Below, piece after piece: positions 29,601 through 38,524 of a stretch of DNA of 64,000 nucleotides. Location: NCBI GenBank assembly GCA_963719505.1, contig CAVRCF010000004.1, positions 32,001 to 96,000 on the forward strand. Reading direction: 5' to 3'. The translations under genes and the position numbers were made by a program. Positions within the stretch are counted from its first letter, which is position 1. Each line of letters starts with the position of its first letter. A model generated the notes under the pieces. It made no database searches and was not told the DNA's origin. It saw nothing but the letters and a program-made list of their open reading frames with translations. Source of the stretch: Halobacteriovoraceae bacterium. Its GTDB lineage: Bacteria; Bdellovibrionota; Bacteriovoracia; Bacteriovoracales; Bacteriovoracaceae.

Positions 29601-30457
29601 TGTTGGGCTATCTTAGACCCTAACGCTTTTTCTAGTCTTGAAATTCCATCATTATTATATCCTATGGGACTATAGTTTGAGATAGAAGTTCTCGGCTTTC
29701 TCCAAATTCCACTATCATGAGGGTCCAGTGTGGAGATATCGAACCCACTGTTTTTCAAATTTTGAAGTTCGGTGTAAGAATAAAATATCTCTTTTGAATC
29801 CTTTGGTTTCAACAAATTGGACGCATGCCTATCGTGATTGCTTATAAAGTCTCTGCCAATAAGACTACGCAGCTGGCTTACTGTAGCCAAAATGCTTGTC
29901 CCAGAGGCTCTTTGTTCGTCTTCGGCTTTGACAGCTTGGGTGATCTCAATTGCAGTAAAAAAATATTCTAAGAAATCAATATTCTTTTTTTGATTCAATT
30001 CACTAGCTTTAATATCAAAGAAATTAATTTTAATTTTTTGAAAATTTTGAATAGCTAGAGAGAGGGCAATGTTAAATTCGTTTTTAGCCCACCATTTACT
30101 TTTGTGTTCAAGAAAACGTTTGTCAGTACAATCATGATAAGACTCAATCTCATCTTTAAATTTGTCCATACAAAGGGAGACAGCTGTAGACTTTCTAAAA
30201 CTCTTCAAGGCAGCAATTTCTAGGTTAATTTTATCGAGGTCTAGTTTGTTTGCTCTAAAGTAAGACTTTAAAATTTTTGAGGGGTTTCTTCTTTCAATGG
30301 AGTCTGTTTTGTATCTACCCGTGCTAAATCCCAAGAAAAATGGATCTTTCTCATCAAAGGTTATGAAGCCCGGAAGTATTTTGGTCTCTCTTACATCTCC
30401 CAGCATCGCACCGTAAGTGTTTAATACTATGAAGAAGATAAAAAGTGATTTTATCAT
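26664..30457 (-). pseudogene. Large secreted kinase-fold-containing protein broken by two +1 frameshifts (pseudogene or sequence error)
   Basis: Three track ORFs join into one 1263-aa frame after removing one base near 28176 and one in 27795-27808; signal peptide; DIKDDN and SDMG motifs. Confidence 0.75.
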
Positions 30458-30540
30458 TTTTTGTACCCACTCTTTGTCAATTTTTCTCTCTGGCAGGTTC
30501 TATAACGCGCAACTGTGATAAACAAACAATAAAGGGTTTG

Positions 30541-30556
30541 TGTGAATAAATTCACA
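30541..30556. promoter_or_regulatory. CRP-family consensus site
   Basis: TGTGA-ATAAAT-TCACA, about 84 bp upstream of the large gene. Confidence 0.55.
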
Positions 30557-30704
30557 CTTTTCATTAATATGATAAATTGTTGTAGGTAAAATGTTCATAC
30601 ATGGCCGATCTTAAAAGGAAATATATAGATTTTCTTTTCAAATAATCGGGCTAATGAGTGTTATCGCCATTGCGAAGATAGATCTCAAAAGAGCTTCTAT
30701 AAAG

Positions 30705-31583
30705 CTAAGGAGCTTTATAGAAACTTTCTTGGAAGTCGTAATATCTTTCTTGAAACATTTTCAAGTCGGATTGAATAAAGACTCTCAAGTCTTCGAAAAG
30801 TTGATCTCTATGGGTTAGGAATAAACCATGAGGTGCCTTCTCGTAATATCTTACCTCAGATAAAGGCAATAACTCCTTTAATTGAGCTGAAGTTGTTGGT
30901 AGTGGAACAATCTTATCACCAGTTCCGTGAATGATGAGAGTCGGCACTTTAATATGTTGTATATCTGGCCTAAAGTCCGTAAAGGCAAAGGCGTCAATAC
31001 ATCTTATTGTTGCCTCCGGTGAAGCTTGAAGGGCTAAAGACTTAGTCCACTCTAGAGACTCAGCGGAAACATCGTGATGAAGAGTATCGAGACCATAGAA
31101 GTTTTTAGCAAATTGTTTAAGAAATTTTGGGCGATCGTTGTCCAGTTCAATTTTCATATTTTCAAAGAGACTGAAATCGACACCAGTGGGGTTATCAGCA
31201 GTTTTTAAAATAAAAGGAACAACTGACGAGATAAAGACGGCAGCTTTGATTTTGTCGTCACCATGACGACTCAGGTAGCGTGCTACTTCGCCCCCTCCCA
31301 TGGAGAATCCCACCAAGGTTACATCTTCGAGCTGAAGCTTTTTAATGATCGAGTGAAGATCGTCTGCTAAGGTATCGTAGTTATAGCCGTAAAAGGGCTG
31401 TTCACTTTTTCCAAAACCTCTTCTGTCGTAAGAGATAACACGAAAACCTGCATGCACAAGCTTTCTTGCTTGATGTTCCCACATATCAGAACTCAAAGGC
31501 CATCCGTGAATTAAAACAATTGGTTCTCCCGATCCCCAGTCTTTGTAGTTTAAATGAATATTGTCTTTGGTTTTGATAAACAT
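30705..31583 (-). CDS. Non-heme chloroperoxidase/arylesterase-type alpha/beta hydrolase
   Basis: IHGWPLS, YDRRGFGKS, GFSMGGGE, HGTGD, APHGL. Confidence 0.9.
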   Translation of the reverse strand: MFIKTKDNIHLNYKDWGSGEPIVLIHGWPLSSDMWEHQARKLVHAGFRVISYDRRGFGKSEQPFYGYNYDTLADDLHSIIKKLQLEDVTLVGFSMGGGEVARYLSRHGDDKIKAAVFISSVVPFILKTADNPTGVDFSLFENMKIELDNDRPKFLKQFAKNFYGLDTLHHDVSAESLEWTKSLALQASPEATIRCIDAFAFTDFRPDIQHIKVPTLIIHGTGDKIVPLPTTSAQLKELLPLSEVRYYEKAPHGLFLTHRDQLFEDLRVFIQSDLKMFQERYYDFQESFYKAP

Positions 31584-31667
31584 AGTATTCTCCTTGTCTT
31601 TCTTTTTATAGACACTTCTATTTTAATCCCTTATAGCTTTGAGAACAGATATCAAGTGTTGAAAGTT

Positions 31668-31685
31668 TGTGTAGAAAAATAGATA
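31668..31685. promoter_or_regulatory. TGTNTA-N6-TANACA palindrome (copy 5, one mismatch)
   Basis: TGTGTAGAAAAATAGATA in a divergent intergenic region. Confidence 0.45.
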
Positions 31686-31722
31686 CTTCCCTTGAAAGAA
31701 TCTACAAAAATGAGAGTTAAGA

Positions 31723-32499
31723 ATGACCGATTATCTAAAGTTACTTATACGAAAGATTGATGAAGATCAGGTCCTCACAGGAGCTGCGGCTTTAGCTTTT
31801 TATTTCTCACTCGCTGTATTTCCAGCCCTAATGACTATTATTGCTATCATTCCATATCTTCCTATAGAAAACCTTCAAGAGGGTCTCAATGCTATCATAA
31901 TGAGTAATTTACCGGATGAAGCTTCTAGCCTCGTGGTTTCTATTACTGCAGAGGTGGTTGAAGTGAAGAGACCAGGGGTACTATCTACTGGATTTGTCTT
32001 CGCTCTATGGTCTGCATCAAGTGGAGTGATGGGTATCATTCAACAAATTAATAAGGTGCTCGAAGTTAAAGAGTCGAGAAATTATTTCAAATTGCGACTC
32101 ATATCTACTGGTATTACAATCTTATTTGGTTTTCTAATCATAGCGACAATTACTTTTATTCTCTACCTTTCAAATTTTGATTCTTTATTCGTCGATTTTG
32201 TGAACTACCTTGTCTCATTTTTAGTTGTTGTCCTCGTATTTGCTGGACTATATTATCTTACACCAAAGCCTTCTAAAAGATTTGAATTTATTTCTCCGGG
32301 AAGCCTTTTTGGAGCCATTGGATTTATTCTCTTTGTTAATGGCTTTAAGCTCTACTTGTCTCACTTTAATAGTTATAGCAAAACTTATGGCTCTTTAGGG
32401 GGGATGATTATTTTTATGCTTTGGCTTTATGTCATTGGGTTATTGATTCTGCTTGGAGCCGAAATTAATAAAACTATTGAAACGAAGAAAATGAGTTAG
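31723..32499 (+). CDS. YihY/BrkB-family membrane protein
   Basis: AAALAFYFSLAVFP, LWSASSG, YSKTYGSLGG, LLGAEIN. Confidence 0.92.
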   Translation: MTDYLKLLIRKIDEDQVLTGAAALAFYFSLAVFPALMTIIAIIPYLPIENLQEGLNAIIMSNLPDEASSLVVSITAEVVEVKRPGVLSTGFVFALWSASSGVMGIIQQINKVLEVKESRNYFKLRLISTGITILFGFLIIATITFILYLSNFDSLFVDFVNYLVSFLVVVLVFAGLYYLTPKPSKRFEFISPGSLFGAIGFILFVNGFKLYLSHFNSYSKTYGSLGGMIIFMLWLYVIGLLILLGAEINKTIETKKMS

Positions 32500-33001
32500 A
32501 TTTTTCTTGGTTTTCTATCTTGGTATTCAAAGCAGTTATGGCATCAGCCACTGACACTAGAGTTTTATCAATATCGTGAAACTTTTTGTCGACATGGTTT
32601 TGAGGCTGGTGTTGTGGTGAGAATGTCTCTTTCACTTGTCTGATTGCTTCCACGATTTCTAAAACATTTACAGCACTTTGTTGCCTGATTTTCTTGCTTT
32701 CGAAAATTTCTTCAATTCTAGATCTACTTGTCACCATCCTGATGAGTAAAGCCGTAATAACGAGAATTGGAGCTAGGGTCCAAACAACGCCTTTTAAAGT
32801 CCCAAGTTCTATGCTTTGGGGTCCATAAAAAAGTGAGAGGCTCAGAGCAATCCCTAGTAGTGAGAAAGAAAAGAGGAAAGCTGAAATTTGTTTTATAAAA
32901 GATAAAACAAGTACTTTATGGGTTTTATCTGCTGCAAACCTATTAAGGTCTTCAACTTGGTCTTGAAAAATTGATATTAAAAGACTTTTTACAAAATCCA
33001 T
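32474..33001 (-). CDS. Two-TM membrane protein, possibly YqjE-like
   Basis: Two TM helices, follows a DUF883 gene, AGGGAG RBS. Confidence 0.55.
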   Translation of the reverse strand: MDFVKSLLISIFQDQVEDLNRFAADKTHKVLVLSFIKQISAFLFSFSLLGIALSLSLFYGPQSIELGTLKGVVWTLAPILVITALLIRMVTSRSRIEEIFESKKIRQQSAVNVLEIVEAIRQVKETFSPQHQPQNHVDKKFHDIDKTLVSVADAITALNTKIENQEKSNSFSSFQ

Positions 33002-33031
33002 TTTCAGCTCCCTTCTTTCTTTTTTTACTGA

Positions 33032-33250
33032 TTATTTCTTTCTTGTTAAAAGTGCTCCTACTGCGGCACCTGCAGCAGCTGCGATTCCAACTGATCTCCA
33101 TGGATGGCTTTTTACAGAATCGTCAACGGCTCTTGCTGTGTCCTTAGTCGTATCTGAAATCTTTCCATAGGACTCAGTTGCATAAGTTCTAATAGTATCT
33201 AATGCGTTTGAGATTTTTTCTTCTGGTGATAATTCTTTTTGTCTTGGCAT
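33032..33250 (-). CDS. DUF883/ElaB/YqjD-family protein
   Basis: DDSVKSHPWRSVGIAAAAGAAVGALLTRKK tail anchor. Confidence 0.9.
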   Translation of the reverse strand: MPRQKELSPEEKISNALDTIRTYATESYGKISDTTKDTARAVDDSVKSHPWRSVGIAAAAGAAVGALLTRKK

Positions 33251-33329
33251 GTAACGCTCCTTGTGTAAATGGTTCTTAACTATATTAGTTCAGATTCTTT
33301 TCCCGGTAACTACTGCTAAGTGCTCATTA

Positions 33330-33347
33330 AGTGTAGAATCGTAAACA
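33330..33347. promoter_or_regulatory. TGTNTA-N6-TANACA palindrome (copy 6, one mismatch)
   Basis: AGTGTAGAATCGTAAACA upstream of the DUF883 gene. Confidence 0.5.
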
Positions 33348-33373
33348 TCTTGGAAACAATTACGAAATAATCC

Positions 33374-33400
33374 TAAATTCCAGACTGGCTTTACCGATAG
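33374..33400 (+). promoter_or_regulatory. Sigma28 (FliA)-like promoter
   Basis: TAAA-N15-ACCGATAG. Confidence 0.65.
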
Positions 33401-33408
33401 GGGGACTG

Positions 33409-34074
33409 ATGAGAATTTCAGCCCTTTTACTTTTTTGCCTCTTTTCAAATGTTTTTGCATCTGACCTGTTGGATACTATATCCCAGTTAGAGTTGAACAA
33501 AAGAGATTTAAGCATCTTACAAAGTGAGATAACGTCTAATTTAGAGTTCGCTTTAGATTTTGAACAAGATCAAACCTCTCAGAATCTAAAGACAGATGTA
33601 GGGGAGATGGTCCACAAACAAGAGGCGATCTTGAGCTCATTCATTGTTTTTGAAAAGAAATTGGATTTTATTGAGCTCAAAGCAAAGTACCTTGAGATGA
33701 GAGATCTAAATGCTGAAATCGAAGATTATAAATCTCGACGAGTAAAGGTTCAAAGAATTTTGGATCGAGCATCTGGCTCAGCTAATTTAAAAAAATATTT
33801 TGATTTTTATTTGGGCAAAAAGTTCGATCAAGCCGCGATAGCTGAGCAAGGTCTAAACTTTCAAGAACTCTCTATTGTAAAATTGTATAAAACTGAAAGT
33901 GAGCTTTTACAGCGAGACCAGCTTCTTCAAGATCAAAGGCTCCACTCTCTTGAAAAAACTGAAGCAGAGGTTCAAAAAGAAATTGCTGGGTTCCAAAGCA
34001 TCTTTAAATCTTTATCTGACTTACATCAACTTTCTCAGAAGCTAAGACAAAATTTTAAACTAATAAACCTATAA
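33409..34074 (+). CDS. Exported coiled-coil hypothetical protein
   Basis: Signal peptide, heptad-rich sequence. Confidence 0.7.
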   Translation: MRISALLLFCLFSNVFASDLLDTISQLELNKRDLSILQSEITSNLEFALDFEQDQTSQNLKTDVGEMVHKQEAILSSFIVFEKKLDFIELKAKYLEMRDLNAEIEDYKSRRVKVQRILDRASGSANLKKYFDFYLGKKFDQAAIAEQGLNFQELSIVKLYKTESELLQRDQLLQDQRLHSLEKTEAEVQKEIAGFQSIFKSLSDLHQLSQKLRQNFKLINL

Positions 34075-34276
34075 TCCAAGACCAAGAGGCAATCGAGCTA
34101 TTGCTCCATCTCATCAAAAGATGAGATAGGGCAGGAGTAAAGCTACACTCTGTACGGCCAAAACCTCCTTTATTGCTCGCAAGCTTAATTGAACCCTATA
34201 ATATATTCATTTTTATTATTCAAACCTCAGTAAAATTGATAGGTTAAGCAAAATTAGGACAATTAAGAGGTAATAA

Positions 34277-35686
34277 GTGAGTCAAAAGACTTTTCAGGAT
34301 TTTTCTTTAGATGAAGATTTGCTTTTGGCGCTTGAAAGGATGGGCTTCAAATGCCCAACTGAAATTCAAGATAAAGCTATTCCCGTCATTTTAGAAAGCA
34401 CCAACGATTTTGTTGGTCAGGCCCAAACCGGTACGGGAAAAACGTTTGCTTTTGCTCTTCCTGTCCTTCAAAAAATTGATCATTCTTCAGAAAAAGTCCA
34501 AGCTTTGATTCTGGCTCCGACTAGGGAACTTGCTCAGCAAGTGGAATTGGAGATAAAGAAGCTAACGCTTCATCAAAAAGTGAAATCAATCTGTTTGTTC
34601 GGTGGAACTGATTTTGAACCACAGCTTAGAGGCCTCCAAAAGAATCCACAAATAGTTGTCGGTACACCAGGGAGAGTTTTAGATCTTCTCAAGAAGAAGA
34701 AGTTAAAGCTCGAAAGTGCAAAGATCTGCGTTTTAGACGAAGCCGATGAGATGTTAACAATGGGTTTTATTGAAGATGTTGAGGATATTCTTAAATATTT
34801 TAATGGCAATAGGCAGCTCATCATGTTTTCAGCCACTATGCCAAAAAAGATCTCAACGCTTATTAAGTCAATATTTAGAAAACCCACATTTGTTAAAGTA
34901 GATAATGTCTCATTGAGTAATGACGATATAGAGCAAAGCTATTTCGTGGTAAAAGATAAACATTTTAAAGAAGCGCTCGCGAGACTTATTGATGAAGCTT
35001 CTAATATTTATGCGATGATCTTTTGCCGTACAAAGCTTGAGACTAAAACAGTCGCAGATGATCTGAAAAAACGAGGTCATTCTGTTGAAGTGCTCAATGG
35101 CGATATGGGGCAGCCCGAGCGCGACGACGCCATGAATAACTTTAAAAAGAAAAAGGTTAATCTCCTTGTTTGTACAGATGTAGCAGCTCGTGGGATTGAT
35201 GTTGATACCCTCACCCATGTTTTTAATTTTGGTCCACCAAGAGATAATGAGAGCTATGTTCATAGAATTGGAAGAACGGGCAGAGCAGGCGAGACGGGCA
35301 AGGCCTATACAATTATTGGTCCTGGTTCCATATCTGAGATCAGAAGTATCGAAGGACATATTAATAAAAAGATAGAGAAAAAATCTCTTCCAGCTATTTC
35401 GAGTCTAATAAGAAATATGGTAGAGAAAGAAGTTACTGCTGCTGGATTTATAAAGGAAGCTATTCAAACTAAAGGAGATGACTTTAAGGTTGATCCTTCT
35501 TTTGAAATTGTAAAAGAGGCGTTTGGAGATTTGAGTAAAGAAGATATTTTAAAAATTATGTTCGTTTGGAAATTCAATAAAGAGATGAGGCATTTAAATA
35601 ATTTGTCAGATATTGAAAAAATAAATCCTAATAAAAAAATAAAAATTAACAAAAAGAGAAAAAATGTTCGAAATCGGAAAAGTTAA
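34277..35686 (+). CDS. DEAD-box RNA helicase (DeaD/CshA-like)
   Basis: AQTGTGKT, PTRELA, TPGR, DEAD, SAT, ARGID, HRIGRTGR. Confidence 0.96.
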   Translation: MSQKTFQDFSLDEDLLLALERMGFKCPTEIQDKAIPVILESTNDFVGQAQTGTGKTFAFALPVLQKIDHSSEKVQALILAPTRELAQQVELEIKKLTLHQKVKSICLFGGTDFEPQLRGLQKNPQIVVGTPGRVLDLLKKKKLKLESAKICVLDEADEMLTMGFIEDVEDILKYFNGNRQLIMFSATMPKKISTLIKSIFRKPTFVKVDNVSLSNDDIEQSYFVVKDKHFKEALARLIDEASNIYAMIFCRTKLETKTVADDLKKRGHSVEVLNGDMGQPERDDAMNNFKKKKVNLLVCTDVAARGIDVDTLTHVFNFGPPRDNESYVHRIGRTGRAGETGKAYTIIGPGSISEIRSIEGHINKKIEKKSLPAISSLIRNMVEKEVTAAGFIKEAIQTKGDDFKVDPSFEIVKEAFGDLSKEDILKIMFVWKFNKEMRHLNNLSDIEKINPNKKIKINKKRKNVRNRKS

Positions 35687-36503
35687 TACACTAACAATTG
35701 CTAGAGAAACAAAATCAGGCTTCTATCTAAAAGATGGAGACGAGTACGGAGAAGTCTTTCTTCCGCCTTCAATGGCCAATAAAGAGCTGGTGATTGGTGA
35801 CTCAATAGACGTCTTTTTATACATAGACACAAAAGATCAGGTGGTGGCAACTTGCTCAATACCATTTGCTCAGGTTGGTGAGTATGCCGTACTCGATTGC
35901 ATTGATGTTCAAGACTTTGGCGCTTTCTTTGACCTGGGAATTGAAAAACATTTGCTCGTTCCTGGAAATGAACAAAAAGAAAAAGTTTCGAAAAATAATG
36001 ACTATCTGGTTAGAGTTTGTCTTGAAGAGGGTACGGATAGAATTTTTGGAACGACTAAGCTTGGAAAGTATATTGAATCAAGTAAATTTGATATTGAAGC
36101 CAATGAGAAGGTTGAACTTTTTCTTGCCAGCGAAACAGATCTTGGAATAAGGGTCATTATCAACAAAAAGTTTATTGGTATCATTTATAATTCAGAAATC
36201 TTTACAAACGTAAAGCTTGGTACAACAGTGCCTGGTTACGTCAAAAAAATTAGAGAAGACGGATTCGTCGACTGTGCTCTCCAAATTCAGGGTATTAAGA
36301 ATCTAGATAAATCAAAAATTAAGATTATGGAATTTCTGCATAAGCATAACGGGAGAAGTCATCTCAACGATAAGAGCTCTCCTGAGGAAATTATGGATCT
36401 TCTTGGCATGAGTAAAAAAACATTTAAGAGCTCACTGGGTATGCTTTACAAGCAAAAAAAAGTCTTGATATCGAAAGACGGAATTGAGATCGTCAAAGGA
36501 TGA
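35664..36503 (+). CDS. cvfB: CvfB/YitL S1-domain RNA-binding protein
   Basis: IGKVNTL, GAFFDLG, KKIREDG, LNDKSSPEEI...GMSKKTFK. Confidence 0.88.
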   Translation: MFEIGKVNTLTIARETKSGFYLKDGDEYGEVFLPPSMANKELVIGDSIDVFLYIDTKDQVVATCSIPFAQVGEYAVLDCIDVQDFGAFFDLGIEKHLLVPGNEQKEKVSKNNDYLVRVCLEEGTDRIFGTTKLGKYIESSKFDIEANEKVELFLASETDLGIRVIINKKFIGIIYNSEIFTNVKLGTTVPGYVKKIREDGFVDCALQIQGIKNLDKSKIKIMEFLHKHNGRSHLNDKSSPEEIMDLLGMSKKTFKSSLGMLYKQKKVLISKDGIEIVKG

Positions 36504-37069
36504 GTTCTCCTTACAAGATTATTCGACTCACATCGGAGGAGTTCTATCCTTACTACAACAAGTATAGGGATGAACTCTTTGACCATGACCACAGCTACCT
36601 TTTATGGGAGGCTCTTTCTGAAACTGAGCTCAACGGTGTTAAGCGCCTTAGAGATAGTTTGAAGCATAGAGTTGAATTCTATTTAGGAGCTTTTGATCAA
36701 GATGATACTTTTGTCGGTTGGAGCTGGGGATTTCAAGAGAGTTCTACGAGTTTCTATATGGCCAATTCGGCGGTCTTGGAAAGTCATCGAAGAAAAGGTG
36801 TGTACTCATCTTTGTTGAGGACTATGATAAAGACGGCGATTAGTGAAGGGTTCCAGGTTATTACTTCTCGGCATAACGCCACTAATAACGCAGTCTTAAT
36901 TCCCAAGCTAAAAGAAAACTTTATTATTTCAAAAATGGAACTTGATGATGTTTTTGGTGTTCTGATTCATCTTCATTATTATGCAAATGCAATAAGAAGA
37001 AAAATGATGGATTATCGAAGTGGTCAAGCAAAGCCTGACAATCAGATTAAAAAACTTTTAAAAATTTAG
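36500..37069 (+). CDS. GNAT-family N-acetyltransferase
   Basis: AVLESHRRKGVYS acetyl-CoA motif; ATNNAVLIPKLK. Confidence 0.85.
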   Translation: MSSPYKIIRLTSEEFYPYYNKYRDELFDHDHSYLLWEALSETELNGVKRLRDSLKHRVEFYLGAFDQDDTFVGWSWGFQESSTSFYMANSAVLESHRRKGVYSSLLRTMIKTAISEGFQVITSRHNATNNAVLIPKLKENFIISKMELDDVFGVLIHLHYYANAIRRKMMDYRSGQAKPDNQIKKLLKI

Positions 37070-37077
37070 GAATCACT

Positions 37078-37887
37078 ATGAGCTTTAACCTCTTAACTCT
37101 TCTCGATGATATCACCTCAACAATGGATGATGTTGCTGTTATGACAAAACTTGCAATGAAAAATACAAGTGGACTCATCACTGATGACCTGGCCGTCAAT
37201 GTTGGACAGGTCGATGGAGTCGAACCTAAAGAAGAGCTTCCAATTGTTTTTAAAATCTTTTTAGGCTCCTTAGCAAATAAAGTTATTATTATCCCTTTCG
37301 TCTTACTCCTCACTTTCTATGCCCCAGTTGTCTTGAAGTATATTTTACTCTTAGGGGGGGCTTATCTTTGTTATGAAGGGGCTCATAAAATCTATGATAA
37401 AATTTTCGAAAAGAAGAAAGTAAAAGATGAGATCAGGTCAACAGATGTAAAGGGAAAGATTTGGGGGGCCATCAAAACCGACTTTGTTCTGTCAATTGAG
37501 ATAATGGTCATAGCTCAAAGTTCAATAAAAGGAGATGTACTATCACAATCTCTTACTCTTTCAGTTATTGGCCTAGCAGTCTCCTTACTTATTTATGGTC
37601 TTGTTGGCATTCTCGTCAAGATTGACGATCTTGGACTCTACCTCTCCTTAAACGGTTGGAAAAAGTTTGGAGTGTTTCTCATTAACCTTATGCCTAAGGT
37701 CATGAGAACGTTGTCAGTGGTTGGAGTCATTGCTATGTTTATCGTCGGTGGTGGTATCTTTAGTCATCATTTTCATTTTCAGTTCATTCCGATTGAGATC
37801 GTTCAAAATACTGTTGTTGGAGTTTGTATCGGCACTATAACACTCGTTTTTTTCTTTATTCCCAAGGTTTTTAAACGTATTTCTTAA
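37078..37887 (+). CDS. DUF808 (YedI-like) membrane protein
   Basis: LLDDI...DDVA, DDLAVN, TDFVLSIEIMVI, VKIDDLG. Confidence 0.9.
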   Translation: MSFNLLTLLDDITSTMDDVAVMTKLAMKNTSGLITDDLAVNVGQVDGVEPKEELPIVFKIFLGSLANKVIIIPFVLLLTFYAPVVLKYILLLGGAYLCYEGAHKIYDKIFEKKKVKDEIRSTDVKGKIWGAIKTDFVLSIEIMVIAQSSIKGDVLSQSLTLSVIGLAVSLLIYGLVGILVKIDDLGLYLSLNGWKKFGVFLINLMPKVMRTLSVVGVIAMFIVGGGIFSHHFHFQFIPIEIVQNTVVGVCIGTITLVFFFIPKVFKRIS

Positions 37888-37964
37888 AAAAGTGGTGCAT
37901 CTTTTGTTTTGGCATTTAAAAGGGTATGCTTAGGATAAGATAAACTCTAAAAAAAGAAGAAAAT

Positions 37965-38489
37965 ATGGAAATTAATATATCTCAAAAAGTCGCTATCCTT
38001 GTCGATGGTAATAATATCGAAAGGTCAATTCATTCACTCTACAAGTCAGATCAAATTATGATCAACTTTGACAGCCTCGTTCCTTCTTTATTACAAGACA
38101 GATCCCTTTCTCGATTTATTTATTTTAGAGAAGGGAAAAGGATCTCAAGTAAGCTGGCCGACAGGCTTCAAGAGAAGTTTCACGGTTCAGTCCAGCCTTG
38201 CCATAAAAGTGCGGATATTCCGTTGACAATTAAGGCTACTCAATTGGCCTCTAAGGTAGACACCATCATTATTTGTTCTGGTGACTCTGATTATGTGGAA
38301 TTGGTCTCACATCTCAAAGGTGAAGGCGTCAGGGTTGAAATATGCGCAGTCGAGCAGACATTAGCGGGTATTTTGCTAGATGAAGCTGACTACTACCATC
38401 CAATCTCAAAGGTCGATTGTTATAATTTTCCCAAAGGTAAAAAAACAGCTAAAAAGACGTCAAAAAAACCGACCTCTAAAAAGGTGTAA
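37965..38489 (+). CDS. NYN (LabA/DUF88) domain protein
   Basis: ILVDGNN, KSADI, SGDSDY, GVRVE. Confidence 0.9.
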   Translation: MEINISQKVAILVDGNNIERSIHSLYKSDQIMINFDSLVPSLLQDRSLSRFIYFREGKRISSKLADRLQEKFHGSVQPCHKSADIPLTIKATQLASKVDTIIICSGDSDYVELVSHLKGEGVRVEICAVEQTLAGILLDEADYYHPISKVDCYNFPKGKKTAKKTSKKPTSKKV

Positions 38490-38490
38490 C

Positions 38491-38518
38491 TAAAGGTTCT
38501 CATAAAACCGACCGATAT
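38491..38518 (+). promoter_or_regulatory. Sigma28 (FliA)-like promoter
   Basis: TAAAGGTT-N12-ACCGATAT, 6 nt before the ATG. Confidence 0.55.
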
Positions 38519-38524
38519 AGTTTT

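Noticed and set aside
34085-34160. Cluster of hairpins before the DEAD-box helicase (possible riboswitch or ncRNA)
   Set aside because: No known motif recognised; lies upstream of the likely TTGCTC-N18-TATAAT promoter and is more simply the terminator of the previous gene
37965-38489. NYN nuclease plus nearby helicase as a defence system
   Set aside because: Ordinary LabA/DUF88 and DEAD-box genes with no defence-island context
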